DNA of 64,000 nt from Hemiscyllium ocellatum. Lineage: Eukaryota. Below are positions 58,637 to 64,000 of this stretch, in pieces. The stretch is taken from assembly GCF_020745735.1 (NCBI RefSeq), contig NC_083435.1, forward strand, positions 38,713,090 to 38,777,089, given 5' to 3'. The first letter of the stretch is position 1. Every line of letters starts with the position of its first letter. Below the pieces are notes generated by a model. That model saw only the letters and a program-made list of their open reading frames with translations, made no database searches and was not told the origin of the DNA. A program made the position numbers and the translations under genes.

Positions 58637-60235
58637 GGTGGTATCACATTTATATAAATGATTTGGATGTGAACACAGGAAGTATAGTTAGTAAGTTTGC
58701 AGACAACACCAAAATTGGAGGTGTAGTGGTCAGTGAAGAAGTTTACCTCAGAATGCTTCGGGATCTTGATCAGATGGGCTACTGGGCTGAGGAGTGGCAG
58801 ATGGAGCTTAATTTGGATAAATGTGTGGTGCTGCATTTTGGAAAGGCAAATCAGAGCAGGACTTATACACTTACTGACAAGGTCCTGGGGAGTGTTGCTG
58901 AACAACCTTCGAATGCAGGTTCAAGTTCCTTGAAAGTAGAGTCACAGGTAGATCAGATAGTGAAGAAGGCATTTGATATGCTTTCCTTTATTGATCAGAA
59001 CATTGAATATAGGAGTTGGGAAGTCATGTTGTAGCTGTATAGGACATTGACTCAGCCATTTTTGCAATATTGTGTGTAATTCTTCTCAGCTACAGGAAGG
59101 ATGTTGTGAAACTTGAAAGGGTTTGGAAAGATTTACAAGGATGTTCGCTCTTATGGACCAGGCCAGATCCCCTCAAAACATTTCAAGAAAATAGCCCAGA
59201 CCTTAACTTTGCTTGCTGTTTTAAGCAGATGTAAAGTGGATATTCCAGGAGTGATGCAACTGTAAAACCACTTAGTTTTAAACAAAACAGAATTTATTTA
59301 CAAGATTACCGAATGAAACACAAACAAAACAAAACAGAATATAGAATAACTTAACCTATCCAAAAACCACCAGATTAACCCAACTTAATGATGCTGTTCC
59401 AAATTCCTGCAAGAATCCCCATAAACACCCCTTGGCACAAATGGTAAAATCAAACACAGGGTCTTATAGGACAGAAAGAGATGGCAGCATGGAACACCAC
59501 TGTCCATGTAGCTGGTTCATAGATCAGCAGTCTCACTGACTGCCAGCTTTCAGTGAACAGTCAGACTGTCAAAACCAAACCAAGCTGAACTGTGAGAACT
59601 GGCCACTCCCCTTTCATTGTACATGTGTTTTTAAAAAGCTGGAAAGCCTTTCACCTGAGGCAGTATCTGTTTGCTATAATCAAACTGGCCCTATAACCTT
59701 TCAAACCTAGACCTTTTCAGAACCATTGCTTTTGTGACTTCTCTGAATAAAAAAGCCAAGGACATAACCTTGTTAAAGGAGCAGCATTATCTCATGCCAG
59801 GGTTGGAGGATCTGAGCTATAGGGAGGGGCTGTTTTCCCTGGAGCATCAGAGGCTGAGCGGTGACCTTATAGAGGTTTACAAAATTATGAGGGGCATAGA
59901 TAGGATAAATAGGCAAAGTCTTTTCCCTGGGGTCGGGGAGTCCAGAACTAGAGGGCATAGGTTTAGGCTAAGAGGGGAAGGATGTAAAAGAGACCTCAAG
60001 GGCAACCTTTTCATGGAGAGAGTGGTGCATATATGGAGCTATCAGAAGAAGTGGTGGAGGCTGGTACAATTGCAGCATTTAAAGGCAGCTGGGTGTGTAT
60101 ATAACTAAAAAGAGTTTAGATGGATATGGACAAAATGCTGGCAAATGGGACGAGATTTATTGAGAATATCTGATCAGCAAGGACAAGTTGGACTAAAGGA
60201 TCTGTTTCTGTGTTGTACATCTCTATGACTCTATG
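58637..60235 (+). mobile_element. CR1 3' part interrupted by an LTR-like insert (59146-59794)
   Basis: RFTRM|LPG split by a 649-bp AT-rich insert ending in CA. Confidence 0.75.
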
Positions 60236-61771
60236 ATTCTGTGGCACCTCATCTTCAGGCATACCTGGTGCTGATCCTGACACGCTCTCCTGCACTATCC
60301 ATTGAACCAGTGTTGGTGGTGATGGCTGAGTGCCAGGCCATGGTGTTGCAGATTTTACTGGAGTACAATTCTGCTGCCTCATTGATGCCCAGTCTTGAGT
60401 TGCTAGATATGTTTGAAGTCTGTACCATTGAGCACGGTGATAATGTCACACAGCACAATAGAGGTTACATTCAATGTGAAGGTGGGACTTTGACTCCATA
60501 AGGACTGTGTGGTGGTCTCTCCTACTGATACTGTAATGGGCAGATGCATCTGCAGCTGGGAGATTGGCAAGGATGAGGTCGAGTATGTTTTTCCCTCTTG
60601 TGGATTCCCTCACAACCTGCCACAGACCCAGTCTTGCAGCTGGGTCCTTTAGGATTTGAGCAGCTCGATCAGTGGTACTGCTGCCAAGCCACTGTTGGTG
60701 GTAAATATTGAAATCCCCGACCCAGAATACATTTTTCATCCTTGCCAGTCTCAGTGCTTCCTCTAAGTATAGGTCAATGTGGAAGAATTCTGATTCATCA
60801 GCTGAGGGAGGGCAGTGTGTGGTAATCAGCAGGTTTCCTTAACCATGTTTAACCTGAAGCCATGAGACTTCATGGGATCTTGAATCAGTGTTGAGAACTC
60901 CCAGGTGTTCCAAAGAATCAAAGTGGGCCCTTCATCCAGTTTGCCTTGGCACTCAGCTACCTCTGAGTCTGCATCTGATTTTGTTTGGGGCAGTGAGACA
61001 AACACATCCTGCTCTCCTTCCATCCCCGGATCCTCTTCAGCAACTGACCAGGTTTTCCGGGTGCAGCCCCAAATCATTCCTTATGATCATCTTTATTTAT
61101 AAGATAGACATGAAAGTTTTGTTGGGAGCACCTACTGTCCAATCAAAATCCACCTTCAACTATAATTGCACAAAGATATTTTGACCTCTCTGTCGAAACT
61201 ATATGGTTAAATCCTGCCTTGGTAAGTTCCATATTTCTGAAACGTTTTCAAAGAAAAATTGCTAATGGAGTCAATGGCTCTGTATTTCAAACCATCTGGT
61301 ATCAGCTTTGATCATTTTCTCACAGCTCTCAAAGCACTGAGTTATCATTTTGTAAATATGTTCTGTGCCTCTGCCTTTTGTCTCTGTGACTGAGTTTCAC
61401 AGTCCCCGTTATAGACATCCAGAATCCACTTTTTTTAAAAAATGTATTCATAGAGTGTGGGAGTTGTTAGCTGGGCCAGCATTTATTGCCTGTCCTTCGC
61501 TGCCGTTGAGAAGGTGGTGGTGAGCTTCCTTCTTGAACCACTGCAGTTCCATATGCTGTGGATTGATCCCCAATGCCCTGAGAGAGAGAATTCCAGGAAA
61601 TTGTCCCAGCAAAGGTGAAGGAACAGTGATATATTTCCAAGTCAGGATTTGAGTGGTTTGGAGAGTAACGTGCAGAGTGTGGTGTCCCCATGTATCTGTA
61701 ACTCTTGTCCTTCTAGATGGAAGTGGTCATGGGTTTATAAGTTGCTAACAGCATTAATAGCTAAGTTATTG

Positions 61772-62091
61772 AGATTAGATTAGATTCCCTACAGTGTGGA
61801 AACAGGCCCTTTGGCCCAACAAGTCCACAACGACCCTCCGAAGACTAACCCACCCAGACCCATTTCCCTCTGATCAATGCACCTAACACTACAGGCAATT
61901 TCCCATGGCCAATTCACCTGACCTGCACATCTCTGGATTGTGGGAGGAAACCGGAGCACCCATAGGAAACCCACACAGACACAGGGAGAATGTGCAAAGA
62001 CCACACAGTCAGTCGCCCAAGGCTGGAATTAAACCTGGGTCCCTGGTGCTGTGAGGCAGCAGTGTTAACCACTGAGTCACCATGCCGTCCC
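61772..62091 (-). mobile_element. HE1 SINE
   Basis: Full length. Confidence 0.88.
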
Positions 62092-62189
62092 ATTGCAGTG
62101 AGCCTTTTAGATCAGAGTTTCTCAAAATGGGGATCACAAGCTCAGAGGCAATTTTGGACATCACTGAGCTCCACAACATCAGCCTTCCA

Positions 62190-62650
62190 CGCTTAAAGGC
62201 CTTTTCTCCACATACCTGCTTTCACAGCTCGTTCCTCTCACCTTAAAAGTATGCCCCCTCGTCTTGAAATTCCCCATTCTATGGAAGAGACAACTATCAT
62301 TAGCCCTAAAATCACTCATGATTTTATAAAACCTTTCAACCTTTGACACTCCAGTGAAAAGTTGTCCAAGTCTATTCCATTTTTCTTCTTAACTCAAACC
62401 TTCCATACCCGGCAACGTCCTGGTAAATCTCTTCTGAACCTTTGCCAGCTTAATAATATCCTTCCTTTAACAGGGAGACCAAAACTGGACACAGTACTCC
62501 AGAAGAAGCCTCAACAATGTCCTATACAACCTCAATATAATGTCCAACTCCTATTCTCAAATGAGTGATGAAGGCAAGCATGCTAAATGTCTTTTTAACC
62601 ATCTTGGCGACATGTGACTCAAACTTTAAAGACTTATCTACCTGAACCCC
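62190..62650 (-). mobile_element. CR1 3' fragment
   Basis: Similar to other CR1 copies in the window. Confidence 0.7.
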
Positions 62651-62685
62651 TTGGTTGGCACTACTCAAGGCCCTACTATCAATTG

Positions 62686-64000
62686 TATAAGTCAAGATTA
62701 GAGTGGTGCTGGAAAAGCACAGCAAGTCAGGCAGCATCCGAGGAGCTGGAAAATTGATGTGTTGGGCAAAAGTGCTTCATCAGGAATGAGGCTGGGAGCC
62801 TCTGGGGTGGAGATAACTAGTAGGAGAGTTGGGGGGGAAGGTAGCTGAGAGTGCATCGGGTGGTGAGCGAGTGGTGGCAGACGAGGCCCAGGATCTGCAT
62901 GTCCTCGGCAGAGTGAGAGGGGGAGTTGAAATATTCAGCCGTGGGGTGGAGGGGTTGATTGGTGCAGGTGTCCCAGAGATGTTCCCTAAAGCGCTCTGCG
63001 AGAATGCGTCCTGTCAGATACAGTAAATGATATGTGTGGAAGTGCAGGTCAAACTTTGATGGATGTGGAAGGCTCCTTTGGCGCCTTGGATGGAGGTGAG
63101 GTTGGGGGGGGGGGGGGGGGGGGGGGGAGGTGTGGGCGCAGGTTTTGCAATTCCTGTAGTAGCAGAGAAAGTTGCCAGGATGGGAGGGTGGGTTGCTAGT
63201 AGGCATGGACCTGACCAGGTAGTCACGAAGGAAACAGTCTTTATGGAAGGCAGATAGGGTTGGGGACAGAAATGTACCTCTGGTGGTGGGGTCCATTTGT
63301 AGGTGGCGGAAATGTCCCCCTACGTCATCACTGACTCCACGCTTTGCCACTTCCGCCCCCATTGATGCCCCTCACCTGCACACTGCTGACACACCCCTAC
63401 CCCCACTGATCCTACTCTCACCACCCTGCCCCCAGAACCCTGAGCATCACTTCCACAAATGACAGCACCCCCTGGTCCCCCCACTACCACACCCACTCCA
63501 GTTACAGTCTCTGCCCGCACTTCCAGCTCCACGCGTATAACCCCACACTGCCTGGTTCTACCTCCTTCCCAAGATCCATAAGCCTGACCACCCTGGCCAA
63601 CCCATTGTCTCAGCATGCTCCCGCCCCACTGAACTCATCTCCACCTACCTTGACACTGTCCTAACCCCCTCTAGTCTAGGAACTCCCCACATACATTCGA
63701 GACACCACCGATGCCCTCCACCTCCTCCAAGACTTCCATTTCCCCGGCCCCCAATGCCTCATCTTCACCATGGATATCCAATCCCTCTACACTTCTATCC
63801 GCCATGGCCAGGGCCTCCAAGCCCTCCGTTTCTTCCTCTCCCGACATCCCCAACAGGACCCTTCCACCGACACTCTCATTCGTTTGGCTGAACTGGTCCC
63901 CACCCTTAACAATTTCTCTTTCAAACTCTCCCACTTCCTCCAGACCAAAGGGGTAGCCATGGGCACCCATATGGGCCTCAGCTATGCCTGTCTCTTTGTT
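62686..64000. mobile_element. PLE family A: inverted GIY-YIG/tail arm, then plus-strand RT running off the window end
   Basis: [11 protein letters not shown]...QTKGVAMGTHMG..YACLF is a PLE RT segment; the inverted arm lacks the terminal tail. Confidence 0.85.

Noticed and set aside
526-62790. CRISPR-like recurrence of aaatgtgttgctgg / gctgcctgacctgctg
   Set aside because: These are dispersed PLE tails with TSDs in a vertebrate genome; there is no regular repeat-spacer array and no cas genes.
63105-63128. Long G/C homopolymers (also about 42000-42020 and 55760-55778) as G-quadruplex elements
   Set aside because: They are simple expansions within or beside repeats, and their length is unreliable in assemblies.
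1-64000. Most ORF-track entries as real genes
   Set aside because: They are antisense or off-frame readings of SINE, LINE and PLE sequence. Recurrent peptides such as [14 protein letters not shown] and [14 protein letters not shown] come from repeat tails and heads.

Overview
Shark (elasmobranch) genomic DNA; the HE1/V-SINE, CR1 and Penelope repertoire suggests a carpet shark (inference). The window holds one complete MHC class II alpha-chain coding sequence on the + strand, which the ORF track captures only in part. Exon 1 CDS is 2475-2541 (leader), exon 2 is 17826-18074 (alpha1), exon 3 is 29605-29886 (alpha2 Ig C1) and exon 4 is 56249-56396 (connecting peptide/TM/cytoplasmic, stop at 56392-56394). 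All junctions are phase-1 GT-AG, giving 744 nt and 247 aa. Introns are very large (15.3, 11.5 and 26.4 kb) and consist almost wholly of retroelements: CR1, L2, Tx1, a near-intact L1 ORF2, Gypsy remnants, solo LTRs, HE1 SINEs, many Penelope-like elements (PLEs) and a degraded endogenous retrovirus. Highlights: (1) minimal type-I hammerhead ribozyme motifs in about six distinct PLE tail families, with covarying stems; (2) very short fold-back PLE insertions with 11-17 bp TSDs, two of them perfect 82/88-bp hairpins whose turn lies at the hammerhead core; (3) a consistent 33-40 nt tail offset in inverted PLE insertions across families; (4) a proximal X-Y promoter plus a second, distal X-Y module about 1.6 kb upstream next to an ISRE; (5) an ERV pol remnant followed by a splice acceptor and a short env-like region. 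All calls are by-eye pattern recognition with no database searches; repeat boundaries are approximate unless a TSD is given.
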